A stretch of 64,000 nucleotides of DNA, taken from contig CAJFCJ010000007.1 of the NCBI GenBank assembly GCA_904063045.1, positions 554,819 through 618,818 of the forward strand, read 5' to 3'. Both the position numbers and the translations under genes were made by a program. The notes beneath the pieces are model-generated. The model was given only the letters and a program-made list of their open reading frames with translations, was not told the DNA's origin and made no database searches. Shown here one piece after another: positions 14,440 through 26,314 of the stretch. This stretch comes from Dimorphilus gyrociliatus (taxonomy: Eukaryota > Animalia > Annelida). Positions within the stretch are counted from its first letter, which is position 1. Each line of letters starts with the position of its first letter.

Positions 14440-15434
14440 TTATGTCTTTTTTGATAAAAGGATGCTTTGAAATTTAAGATCTCCTAATTTCTTTTTTATT
14501 AACTTGAGTAGTTTCCCCTCGAAAGCTTCAATTTGAAAGAAAACTTTTTTTGCCTAAGGAAAGATACAATTATCCCTAAAAACTACAAAAGTTCATCTAT
14601 AATACATACGGTTTTCATCCATCTTTCCTTATCCGTTAAAATTTCAAAACAATTATTCTCCTTTAAAACTTTAATGAGTCGATTGCCTTTCGCAGATGTT
14701 TCTAAATTATCTTTAGATTCTATATTAAAACATGCAGAGCTTTGTGATAGTTTTTTCTCTACAGCGTCCTCTTCATTTGATAAATTTTGAATGAACATCT
14801 CTTCCTCTGATATACCTTCCATAAGTCTCTGAGCTTCAATTAATGCTTCATTAATATTATTGCGAATTTCCTTCATTTGAACAAATTGATAAAGTTTGGA
14901 ATATTCATAAAAATACCCCTCCGATTCAGCATTTTTTATCATGAAGAGTAAGTCTGGTTGAGAAATTGCAGTAGATTTAGCGTCGATTCGAACTTTTGTT
15001 AGTAACAACTCTGTTTTGGTTTTAAGCTCCTTTTCCATATCATAATCAGAAAGAAAGAGATTTTTAGAAAGGGCTTCAGCTTTATTTCGAACTAAAAATT
15101 TTAAATGAACGTAGTAACAATTTAAGTTGAAATTTTCTGATTATGTTTTCATACCTCTTCCCTTTTTACTATCAAGACTTGCTCCGGAAGATCTGGAATC
15201 AGTTCGAAAGTGCTCTACAATTCTTTTATTGCCTAAATGCCCTAGATTACCATTTCGGACATCTTCTGTTGGCTTTAACTCTGATAAAAGGTCGGTCGCC
15301 GCATGTTTACTTGATTTTTGAGCATCAGTTGTTTCAACCGGAATAAGTGGAGAAGGTAAATTATTATCTATTTTTCCCAGTTCAATTAGCTGTTCATACG
15401 GTTTTGCATCAGATACTATATTATTGTTTGTCAT
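14440..15434 (-). CDS. Uncharacterised coiled-coil protein, about 290 aa, 3 exons
   Basis: ORFs 15141..15434 and 14583..15038 join by a phase-1 intron (GGAAGAG|gtatga ... ttttag|TTCGA at 15091). A phase-0 intron after WMKT leads to a final exon AKKVFFQIEAFEGKLLKLIKKKLGDLKFQSILLSKKT*. Family not recognised with confidence. Confidence 0.7.
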
Positions 15435-15715
15435 TGTTTGTTAATGATTTGAAACCTAAATCCCATAAATTAACTTTTAAATTTAATTACTAGACTGATG
15501 TGGCTGAGTTTGAAATTGAAGAGATCTGTAATTTATCAAAGTGTAAGTACTTTAAGTATCATAGACATAAATGTCCACGTAATCAAACGAACAAGTTTTA
15601 TTAATTGGACAATGGATGAGTGTGCAACTCTACTTTCCAAAACACATTTAACATGTATAGCTTATTGTATTTTCAATTTTTGAATGAATGAAACAAAAAT
15701 TATGTCACTTGTACA

Positions 15716-16739
15716 TTAATCTAAGGCTTTTTGTAGAGCTTCGTAGCACTCGACAGCTATTTGGGCTTCTGCCTTAGCGGTTTCGCCGCTTGCGGATTGC
15801 AGTTTTTGTGTTGCTTGATTCAGACCATCACGAATGGCTGCTGAATCTAACTCCGAAATTTCTGCCAATTCCTCAGCCAAAACTTGGACAGAAGAATCTT
15901 CATTGACGCTTACTGATCCAGAGCTGACTATAAGTTTATAATATATTGTCATTTTGAATATAATAATATTTATCACTTACCGAAAAACTTCTTTGTGGAT
16001 CCGCTCTCCTCATACACTGTCAAAACACCTGGTTTAATTGCGGCCAAAATAGGTACGTGCTGGGGTAAAATTCCAAAGCTACCAGAAAATGATGGTACAT
16101 CAATTTGCTTCACGTTAGCGTTTTCATATACCACCTATGAAGGAAATACATTTATATAAATCCAGAAAACTAATATATACCCAAATATTTCTAATGTATT
16201 TTATATATCGAAAAATTAACAAAAACACAATATTTGACCTAAGACTGCTCTAGTTCTTTCTTTTTGTAGTTTAAATAGAGAGCCACGAATGAAAGAATAA
16301 AGAAATTTAAGTTTAAAGCGATGCAATTAGCCACAATAATGCCCTTGATTGTTCGATTATCATGTTCAAGCTATCCTAGTTAGGTTACCAAGTATAAAAA
16401 AGTGAAGGTTATAGTCTAAAACAGTTTTATTTTCTGCTCAACTTTAATCTTTATAAACTTTAAAATATTATTTATCGAGATTTATAAAAGCCGAAAAGTG
16501 CAATGGTGTTATATCAGTTTTATAGCAAAGTCATAATTTTAGATTAGAGTAAAATTCGTAAACTTGCGTATTATCGTCCTGAAAATTAAAGACTGGGGAA
16601 TAGTTACCTGAGCGGGTGATGACAGCGTAAATGACATATCGGCATAATTTCTCTTAGTTACGTGTTGCGAAGATAAAACACGAAAAGATTGGCTAATTCC
16701 TCTTGTTGGTAAACGGGAAAATGATCTAAGCAGCGACAT
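15716..16739 (-). CDS. ATP5F1D: Mitochondrial F1 ATP synthase subunit delta, 3 exons
   Basis: Arg/Ser-rich transit peptide then MSFTLSSPAQ, VKQIDVPSFSGSFGILPQHVPILAAIKPGVLTVYE, FVSSGSVSVNEDSSVQVLAEE, AEAQIAVECYEALQKALD*. Confidence 0.96.
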
Positions 16740-16748
16740 TTCGGAGGT

Positions 16749-16759
16749 CAAAATGGCGG
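16749..16759 (+). promoter_or_regulatory. YY1/Pho-like motif in the ATP5F1D/SF3B6 bidirectional promoter
   Basis: CAAAATGGCGG within the 238-nt gap between the divergent start codons. Confidence 0.5.
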
Positions 16760-16977
16760 ATGTGTATAATAGGACGGCACTTAAAATTACTTTATAAAAA
16801 AACTTTAAATAGCAGTTTTTAATTAGGCTTTACCTATATACATATATATTTCAATTTATTTATTAGATTTTTTGTTAAAAAATTATTTTTATAAAGTAGA
16901 GTTACCAGACGTTGAGAGACCGTCCTATCTGCTTCTGATTATACAATATTCAAATTGTTTCCTAATTGTTCACCAAA

Positions 16978-17618
16978 ATGGCTATGGGAAAAAAAGCAAA
17001 CGTAAGCTTTATATATATTTGTTTTTCTGATTCGGCTTAAATTCTATATTTTCTTTTAACTATCCACATTTCTTTGATGTGATTCTTTTAAATGGACGAT
17101 AATATGGGTAAAACTTAAAATTGTTTCTTTTTGACAGGTTCGACTACCCCCTGAGGTAAATCGAATATTGTACGTCAGAAATCTTCCTTATAAAATAACT
17201 ACTGATGAAATGTATGATATATTTGGAAAGTATGGCGCAATTAGACAAATCAGAGTGTAAGCTTTACTTAGAAATTTCTAACGTGATGTAAATAACTGAA
17301 TATTTACTGGTATTACAGGGGAACAACAGCTGAAACAAAGGGTACAGCATATGTAGTTTATGAAGACATTTTCGATGCGAAAAATGCATGCGATCATTTA
17401 TCTGGATTTAATGTTTGCAATCGTTACCTCGTCGTTTTATATTATCAATCTAACAAGGTAATTTATATTCTTTTATTTAGTTCTGTGAATTCTAATTTAA
17501 AAATTCCTATCAGGCCTTCAAGAGAATGGATGCCGAACAAAAAGAAAAAGAACTAAATGATTTAAAAGCAAAATATGGATTAAATACCCCAGATTTTAGC
17601 AGTGGTAAACGTAAATAA
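16978..17618 (+). CDS. SF3B6: Splicing factor 3B subunit 6 (p14), 4 exons
   Basis: [91 protein letters not shown]. Confidence 0.97.
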
Positions 17619-18099
17619 ACTATCTCTAAATAGTATATTTTTATGCTATTTGTTTGTATTTCTTATGGATTATTTGTAAAATTAGGTTATTTATTATGTA
17701 AAATGTCAAAAAAAATTGTTATGTAAAAATATATTAATTTTTTTGGTTTTGTACTATGTAATAAAAGTTATTGATGTCAAATCGTGACTTGCAGCAGCAG
17801 CAAAGTGATACAAGAAGTTAAATGTTATTAATCAATTATTCATTTACGCAGTGTAATATAAGACTCTTAAATATTTCAAGTGTTTTTACCAAAAATATTT
17901 CGTTTTGTCATAAAACTTTTAATCGTGACAGTTTTTATTATTGTGTCTTTTTTCTGGAAATTTAACTTGATGGTAAATCCATAGAATATAGGCTTCTACG
18001 AAACTATTGATAGCTCAAGTCTTTCCAATCTATCTATATATATATATATATATCTCAATAAAAAAAGGTGAAAAACATTCATTAAATATAATGAATAAT

Positions 18100-20579
18100 T
18101 CAATCAACATCAGTTTTAATACCCGTTTGACAAATATTTGATATAAGTGCTAGTTTTTTTACTAAGAGTAGTGACGTCATGAAAGTCACCTCCTTAAGTA
18201 CGGCTGAGGTAAAGGACGCGGTATTTTGAGGATAAGCATCGTTCAAATGTAAATTATTCGTGTTCTGAATAAAAGCGTATTCTTCCAGGCAGTCGCGGAT
18301 ACTCTCAAAGACACAGTACTTGACTTCATTCAAATCCCCTCGAACGTCTAATATATACAAAAAAAAAGCTGAATAATTGCAATTTTATACAGTCAGAGTT
18401 TTCAACCTTTTTGCATTACTTTTTCGAGTCGTTTACAGCACAATAGTTCGATGTTTCCATTTGAGACAGTAGATATACTATCACTTTCATACAATAGATA
18501 TGAAAGGTTATTCAATTTATGTAACAATTCTGACTCGATCAAACGACGCATTTGTTCAACAGGATGTCCAAAAATCACCGTCTAAAAAGAAACAAATTTT
18601 ACATTGTTAACGTTTTTACTCTGGAGAAAAGAGGAAAACAATTAACTTGAAAATTGCAGTTGGGAGCTTTAATATAAATAAAATCTTCGCCGATATTAGT
18701 TTTTTGAAAAGAAAATTTCCAATAATCTCTCCAGGGTTTCACTTCAATATCGTTTGCAACATGATCCTTTAGATTGAACGAAATATAAATATTTAACAAA
18801 ACATGAAATAGAATTTACCTTAGTACACTCAAAAATGTAAGCACCAGCATCGCAATTCGACGTTTTTGCTATTGATCTTAAAATATTTGTCGGTACGTTC
18901 GCTATGCATAGAATTCCTAATCCTTCGCAAGAACTCGCTAAATCATCATCAATTTTTCCTTTACTTATTATAACATTGATAGATAACTAGTAAGAAGATG
19001 AAAAAGTGTTTTCCAATGGATATTAATAAAAACTTTTGATTAAATACCTTCTTTAACATATCAATAACTTTTCCAACCCAGTTAGGTTTTTCGACCAATT
19101 CAGGCTTAACTGTTGCAAAGTTGGTGTATGCTTTGTAGCCAGTGTGCTTAAAATTTTCCGTTACATCGCCTTCTATTAACTAAAGAAGAATACACGATTG
19201 TTACATTTAGCCCTTCACTCTTTTTGCACTTACCAAACACGAGCAACGTTTTCCTTCTAAACTAGCACAGACAGACATTTGCGATGGTCTGTTATTTTGA
19301 ACGATTAGATGAGGAAGGACATCGCATTTGTTGAAAGGGATTGAATGAATTATTACATTTCGTGAGGACAATCTATAAAAGAGAACGTAAAATTAAATAT
19401 TAAATGTTATCTAATCAATTGATTTAAGCAAAATTTAATGCTTACTGAATATTTTCTTCCATAGTAATTTCTAGTAAACGCTTTAGTAGCTTATTAACTA
19501 ATTCAATATTAGAAGACATTCTTTCAATTACGGCTTGCTGACTTATTTCATTACTTGACTTATTAACTACATTGTCTTCTGACTGGGAACAATCTGAAAA
19601 AGGTTAAACTCAAATAGAGAAAGTTTTAATAGTTTCAATACGTGCTTTCCATTTGGAAATGGCGGCTAGATTGGAGTACCATTCTGTGCGATACGTTGCG
19701 TAGTTTCTTTAGTCTGAGATCTAGATCTTTGAGATTAGGTTTAGCGGATGAAAATAATTTCGGGTCTAGTTTAGCTTCTTCATTAAAATGATGAAAATCT
19801 TTTGTTCGCCCATCCGTAACTGACAGAGAGATTAACATACCGCATATGAAACGATGTCATTTATTTAGTTTGCTCTTCATTTAACCTACTTAGTCGAAAA
19901 TTTTCCACTCTTAATCTAATTTCACTGATACATATTTGAAAAGCTTCATCAATGTTATCCAGAATTAGATGCAGAGGTATTCCCTTTTTGATTGAAATAT
20001 ATAGTTTTTATATTTATGAATTATTAATAATCCGATAATCTAAATATATACTAATATATATAAAATGAGAAAGAAATAAATCTACTTGATCTTCAAGCCG
20101 CCAAACCATTTTAATTAAAATATAAAATAGGGTTGTAATGTCGTTGCAGCCATTCCCATAGATTTCTTTGTGACTTTGAATAATTTCATTAATTATATGA
20201 CCTATTGGCCTCTGTATTTAAAATATACATAGGAAATTAATTAAATAACCTCAAAGTTATAAGATGGCAATCCTATAGATTAGTATATATATACATATAT
20301 GTATATATATATATATATTTAAAACATACTTGAGACAGATTTACTGCTTTTAGAAGATCACATATACAATTCGTTAATATATATTCATTCTCCTCTGTTA
20401 CACACTTAACACTAAAATAAATAACTGATTAGAAATTTAAAACAAAATACTCAATTATCGAACAAATATAGCTACCATTCTAAATTCTGAAGGAGATTTT
20501 GAGACCATGTTCCTGCAATTAATTTCACTTATTTAGGAAATGTTCTATTATAGACAATTAAAAAGTATTAATTGTATAA

Positions 20580-20610
<31 letters not shown>

Positions 20611-20725
20611 TTGATATAAATGTTTAATTTTTACCTATTATATGTATAATATGTGTACTTATTGAACTGCTGTTTACTCTTTCCAAATTCATTAAGGATC
20701 ACTTGTTTTTTGTTCGATCTTTATA
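18100..20725 (-). CDS. BBS12: Bardet-Biedl syndrome 12 chaperonin-like protein (multi-exon; 5' end uncertain, may extend to about 20.9 kb)
   Basis: Spliced translation gives PIGHIINEIIQSHKEIYGNG, GIPLHLILDNIDEAFQICI, LIEGDVTENFKHTGY, TVILGHPVEQMRRLIESE, VSNGNIELLCCKRLEKV and a C-terminal chaperonin-like KEVTFMTSLLLVKKLALISNICQTG. These match my recollection of BBS12 motifs (LIEGDLTENYRHLGF, TAVLTNPV, GGGAVEFLC). Mostly missed by the ORF track. Confidence 0.8.
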
Positions 20726-22174
20726 ATAATTCTAAAGATCTATTCTTAAATTTTCTCGCAAAATGTTTCGAAATTCTCTAGTGAGTTAAAAGAAAGTAGA
20801 GGCTAATGAAGAGTAAACACAATTTTAGATTAACCTTGAATCTTGGAATAAATCAACTTCAAGAATGACGAACGGCGAATAATGTTCTACTGAATTAGAA
20901 TAATTATAGTATATTGAAATCTAGATGTTTCCATTAGCATTTAATAGAAACGTATAAACTGTTTATTTTGCAAGAAAATAAGACATTATTATTAAATAGT
21001 AGTATTCTCAAACTTTCATTTTTAAGCATTTTTCACATCGAAAGTTATTCTTAAATCCTAATATGGAGCGGTGTCCATAGTCCAGACAAATGTCACAGTT
21101 CGAATCAGGGAAAGTTTGATCATATTGATTAATGTAAAGATTTTTTATATAGTCGGTAAAATCTATTAAAACCGAAAAAGAGACCATATGCTAATATATT
21201 ATTGAAAAGCAAGAGTGAGAATATAATGGAAACGATAAAAAAAAATTGTAAATAATAAAACATTAACGAATTTTCGTTTTAGTTGATATAAATATGATAT
21301 TACTATTTGCTATCTATTTTCTATTCTACTTTTAATATTAATGAAACCAATAATGAGAGGATAAAATGTATTTCTACTTCAAAAGCCCTCCACTTTAAAA
21401 GAGCATATCGTGTGATTTTTGACACCCGAAACAGAATCAATATCTGTTGTAATCATAATTAAAAGTCATATTCAAAGAAATATCGCTTTAAGTTTTTTAA
21501 GTACGTATTTAGATAAATGCAATTCATGATAAATTCGATACGACTTCGTGAGCAAAAGACTAAAAAAAATGCCTATGTACACAATTTTATGTGAAAAAAA
21601 CACATTCGCTGTCTCTGCAAGATATCCCCTAAAGGAACATTCTGTAGACCTTATCATATATTATATTACAACATTTACTCGAATTTATCCTAATTACCGT
21701 ATTTAACTGAGACTTTTTAGCAACAGCATCTTTAATTAATCTTGTTCTAGAAAATAACGAAAAAGGAAAAAAATCGTTCTAGAACATTTCTATTTCTGTT
21801 TTATTTCATTTTTATAGAACAATAAAGAAAGTTTCAGGTTTTAAAAACATGAATAAATATAATAAAAAAATAGAATACTATTGCTATATTGGTATACTAT
21901 TATTCATGGGGTAAGTTTATTATTCTAAAGATTATTATAAATTATTAATGAAGACCGATAATACAGTACGTTTAGATAGAAGAATTGATGGAAGAAAATT
22001 AGCAAAAAAAAGAAATTAAATGATAAATTTTTATAGTCGTAATTTGATCTATTTTTAGAACAGTAAAACAAAGTTATATAAATATATATACAAATATACT
22101 GTATAATATTTATATAAATACATATTTTTGTTATCTTTTATCATATTTATATTATCAATAATGTATACCAAAAA

Positions 22175-22207
<33 letters not shown>

Positions 22208-22439
22208 CATAGGGTTTATACATAACAATAAATACTATACACCCTATTATACAATGCATAGTAATGCTTTAATTTAAAAAAATTCTACAATTAGCTGTCC
22301 ACTAAGTGGGTTTTTTTTTCATTTTGTTTGCAAGTTTTTCTTTGACAAAAAAGGAAGTTTGTTTTCAATTTTCAGTATGAAAAAACGACTTTGAATAGAA
22401 ATTAGCAATGAAAATTGAGGCAAAACAAGCCAGAACTAG

Positions 22440-25400
22440 TCACACAACTGTCGAAGCTGATATAGGTGTTCTATTATTTTCTAATAGCTGTTGTTGCCTT
22501 CTTGCCAATAACATTGCTGTTTTTGTCATACTTTCTTCCATAGGATTATTTTCGTCACCTTGAACTGCTTGATAGTTAAATGGAACTACGACTGCTTCTC
22601 TTCTACCGCAGTTTTCATTCTTGTCTTCTTCCATATCTAATTTAGTAAACTTATTAACGTCATCTAATTTATCATATGTTGAACTTCTTGTTGGTGGCCT
22701 TGTAAAAGTATTTTGCTTTTGGGGAGGAGGCGGGGGAGGAGTAGTTGTTGGTCTTTTAGACGCTTTAACCGTTTTGCTATTAACAAATTTTTTTGTTGGA
22801 ATGGCTGATTTCGCCTTTCCTTTTATTGTTTTAGCGTCAGAAGTTATATTGGCATTGATTTCGTCTTCATTCGATGTTTTTTTCACTATGTTATTACTTC
22901 CGTTGGTAATTTTGGATTGATTGATTTTTGATGTTTTGACCTTTGAGTTACTCTCTTTCGTTGGTTTTATTATTGTTAACTTTTTCGTATCCTTAATGTT
23001 CTTACTAATTTTTGATTTGTCCTTATCTGTCGACGGTTTCGGTGGAGTTTCCCATCTTGTTAATATTTTCGGTTTAACAAAACTGAATTTTGATTTTTGC
23101 GATGACTTTTTTATAGGCTGGACTAGTTTTGAGACATTTTTTTCAGCTTTATTCAGCTTCTTTTCCAATTGTGAATTCTTTCTAACAGGAGCTTGCTTTT
23201 GATGTGCTTTCCCTGTTCTTATTGTTTTTAAATCTGTATGCTCGAAAGATTTTAGTATTCTTGGTCCTCTTTTTGGTTTCTCGTCTTCCTCAGTTTCTTT
23301 TTCTTCTTTGATAATTGTGGCAGTGTTCTCATTTTCTGATTCTGTTTTAGCTATTTTATTATCGTCAAGTTTATTGCTATTGGCTTGAGAATTCTCAATT
23401 TTTATTCTATTAAGTATTTTACTAGCGTCTTCTTCTAACTGATTGAACATTTTTTCAGTTTGGTTCCTTTCGAACGACTCGGAAGTTTTAATTGATGGTT
23501 CCTCTTTTTGTGTGCTATCCTGCGTGATTACCTCTTTAACCGGCTCTTCTGGGAAATTCACTGGACAAGAGAACTCAGGAGGTGGTGGAAGAATATCAAA
23601 GTTATCTGGAAGAACGTGGCAGGAAGTAGATGGTAGAACTATTTATTTAGGTAAAAAATTAAGTTTAGCATGCACAAGTAAATAAATATAAAGAGGGTTT
23701 GGTTTCTTACCAATTTCCTTCTTCTCCCATAGTGTACTATTAACGACTATAGAAGCCGGTCTTGTGGCAGCCTTAACCTTCTGACCACCTTTTAATTGTG
23801 ATGAGCAAGATCTTCTCACTCGTGGAGTAGATACTTGTGCGCATTTTGCCAAGAGATTTTCTTCGCTAGCCGATATGCGGACAATACCCTCAAAAGTTGT
23901 CTCTAATTCCCTTGGCTCACTTCCTTCGCAGCCCTCTGATAATAGAGTCGAGTTTCTGGGCGTTGCCTGGTCATCGTGGGCGTCTATACCAACTTCTAAT
24001 TCTTCCTCATCCTCGTCATGGAAGATTATTTTTTCGCCTAGAAATAGGAAAGAAAGGAAATAAAATTGCCATTTTAAATATTTTAATGTCCTCATTATTT
24101 AAAAAGGAAAGAGAATGAAACTAAAGAAATGTCCTTATCAATCAACAAAAGTGCTTTTTTAGTATAACGGCGTATTTAGTACAATTTGCCTAAGGTTTTA
24201 TCATTCTCTTAATTATTAATATTATTTATATTTAAATATCTCTCATTTCGAATCGATAAGCTTTAATTAAAACTAGCATAAGTACCATGCTCGAATTGAA
24301 TGAAAATAGGCTTATCTACGTCTTACCAGCAAATAATATAATTAATTCTAACCTGTTTGGCTGGAGTGAACGTAAGTTGCGGAGACTAATGAAAGAGGGC
24401 GCTGCTGCCATCTCTGAAACACTGGAGAATGTTTAGGCGATGCTTCGGGCGATGAAATTGGACTATCGACGTTATCGCAAGTTTCGCCAAGACCATTTCC
24501 TTGTTCTTCCAATTCCTTTTCGAAGGCCCTCAATTTCCTTACATATAGACCGGGGGCAGCGGGAGAAGTCGCTGGTCTCAAAGCCATAGCAGCAGCATGT
24601 TCCGGAAGTGCTTGTAAAAGATTTCTTAAAGCGGCCGTTGACCCCATACTTATCATTTTATGTTTGGAATGAACAAGATTCCTAAGCATTGGTATAGCTC
24701 CTAATTCGACTAATTTGTGTTGATCTTCGTTATTTCGAGCTGATAAATTCCACAGAGTTCCACAGGCGTTACTAACAATAGTTAAACTTGACGAAGTTAA
24801 ATGTGACAATAAGACGGGTAGGGCACCATGGCTTCTTAGAATAGTTCTATACTCCTCATAAATTGCCACATGCGACGAGACGTTCCGAAGAATTCCACCT
24901 CCATTCTCAACTATTGCTAAAGCTGTTGATGGACCCCCAGACAGAGGACTATGGGATAGAGACGGCTTATAAGTCAAGGTTGCGACGAGAAAAACAAGTG
25001 CTCCATCAACGCCACAGACGTCCGCCTTATTATGGGTGCAATGAGCGCTCAGATTCCATAAAGCTGAAAGCATACTTTTAAGTGTTGCTTCCTTGACCGA
25101 ACTCATAGCGGCTCTAACAAGAGCTTTAACTGTACCAACTTCCCTGAGCGCCTTTTTAGATACAGGATCGGCTCTCCATGATAAATTTCTAAGAACTGAC
25201 GCGGCGACTTGTCTGAGATCATCGCTAGATGACTTTAACTGTTCCACTAATGCGTTTAGAGCTTTCTTCATCTCGGGACTGCACAGCAGACGCTTATTGT
25301 GAGCGTCACCAAAAGTTAAATTTGTTAGCGCCATACAGGCGTATCTCCTCATAGTAACGCTTTGCTGGTCAGTGGCATATAATCCGACCATTTCATGTTC

Positions 25401-26314
25401 CGCTTGAAGTAGGTCGGCAATAGCTTGCAAACCACCAAGCCTACATATTGCTGCTCTGTATTATATTTATTAATAGAAATCAATTAGTTGGTTTGTCCAG
25501 TTCGATTAACCTTAATTAATAAAAAGGAAAAAATATTACCTATGCTGTTCATCGAAACTTAGCTTCATTAACGTAGCTATAGCAGGTCCAGGCTGGGGAT
25601 CAGATTGACAAGGTTGGCGAGTTCTAAGAAAGTCGCAGTGCAATCTAATTTGTTCTAATAATCTCAAAACTCGAATTTCCCTTCTGGAATTTCTTTCGTC
25701 TAACTGAGAATGAACTAGGTTATGTAAAGCAGCCGAAGAAGTTCTCCGTGCCGATGCTGTTGTATTTGGAGCATGCATCAATTGCACTAAGAGAGCTATG
25801 CAACCGCATTGTCTCATTGCGCTGCAAGCCTCTATTGACGTCGATAAACTCAGCAATGTTTTGCTTAATTCATCTGGATCATTAGTTCCCAGCATGGTCA
25901 ACAAGGAGTATACCATTTCCTGAGTAGGCCATTGAGACTGGCTAGTGTTATCCTCTTCATGCTCGCTATGATCGCAAGTTCCAGAATCTCTTTTTTCAAG
26001 TGAAAGAACAGATTCCTATAGGGAAATAATAATAAAATTATTAAGAAGAAGAGAATGAAAGAAAGGAGTCATAAGCTATCTAAGTCGACGGAGACTATTT
26101 CTATCAAAGCTTTTAAAGGCGCGAGTTTATGCTGTTACTTATCGAATAAGTTTGGTAATAAGGCGTTTAGTTTCTATTTCTCTAACATCTTAACTAATGT
26201 ATAATAGATAATATTTTAATAGCTTACAATAGCTCCGCAAGACCAAACAAGATGCTTTAAGATGTCATCTATATGCCGTGAGAAAGTTAGCTCTCCCGAC
26301 CGTCTAGTCAGCAT
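22440..26314 (-). CDS. APC: Adenomatous polyposis coli-like protein, strongly shortened (about 1063 aa, 5 coding exons)
   Basis: MVYSLLTMLG, RREIRVLRLLEQIR, PAIATLMKLSFDEQHR, RRYACMALTNLTFGD, ASVLRNLSWRAD, LSALWNLSAHC, IVENGGGILRNVSS, IVSNACGTLWNLSAR, LVHSKHKMISMGSTAALRNLL, GETCDNVD, RGPRILKS, VVPFNY, C-terminal STVV*. Exons 26314-26228, 26015-25540, 25455-24353, 24037-23711, 23638-22440 sum to 3192 nt. Confidence 0.9.

Noticed and set aside
21062-21112. GTTCGAATC B-box suggesting a tRNA or SINE
   Set aside because: No A-box match and the T-stem does not pair; no cloverleaf.
21740-21795. TTCTAGAA heat-shock-element-like repeats upstream of BBS12
   Set aside because: Only two-unit matches, which are common in AT-rich DNA.
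22621-23685. Plus-strand hydrophobic ORFs (22621, 22921, 23443)
   Set aside because: Antisense shadows of the Lys/Glu/Thr-rich APC last exon.
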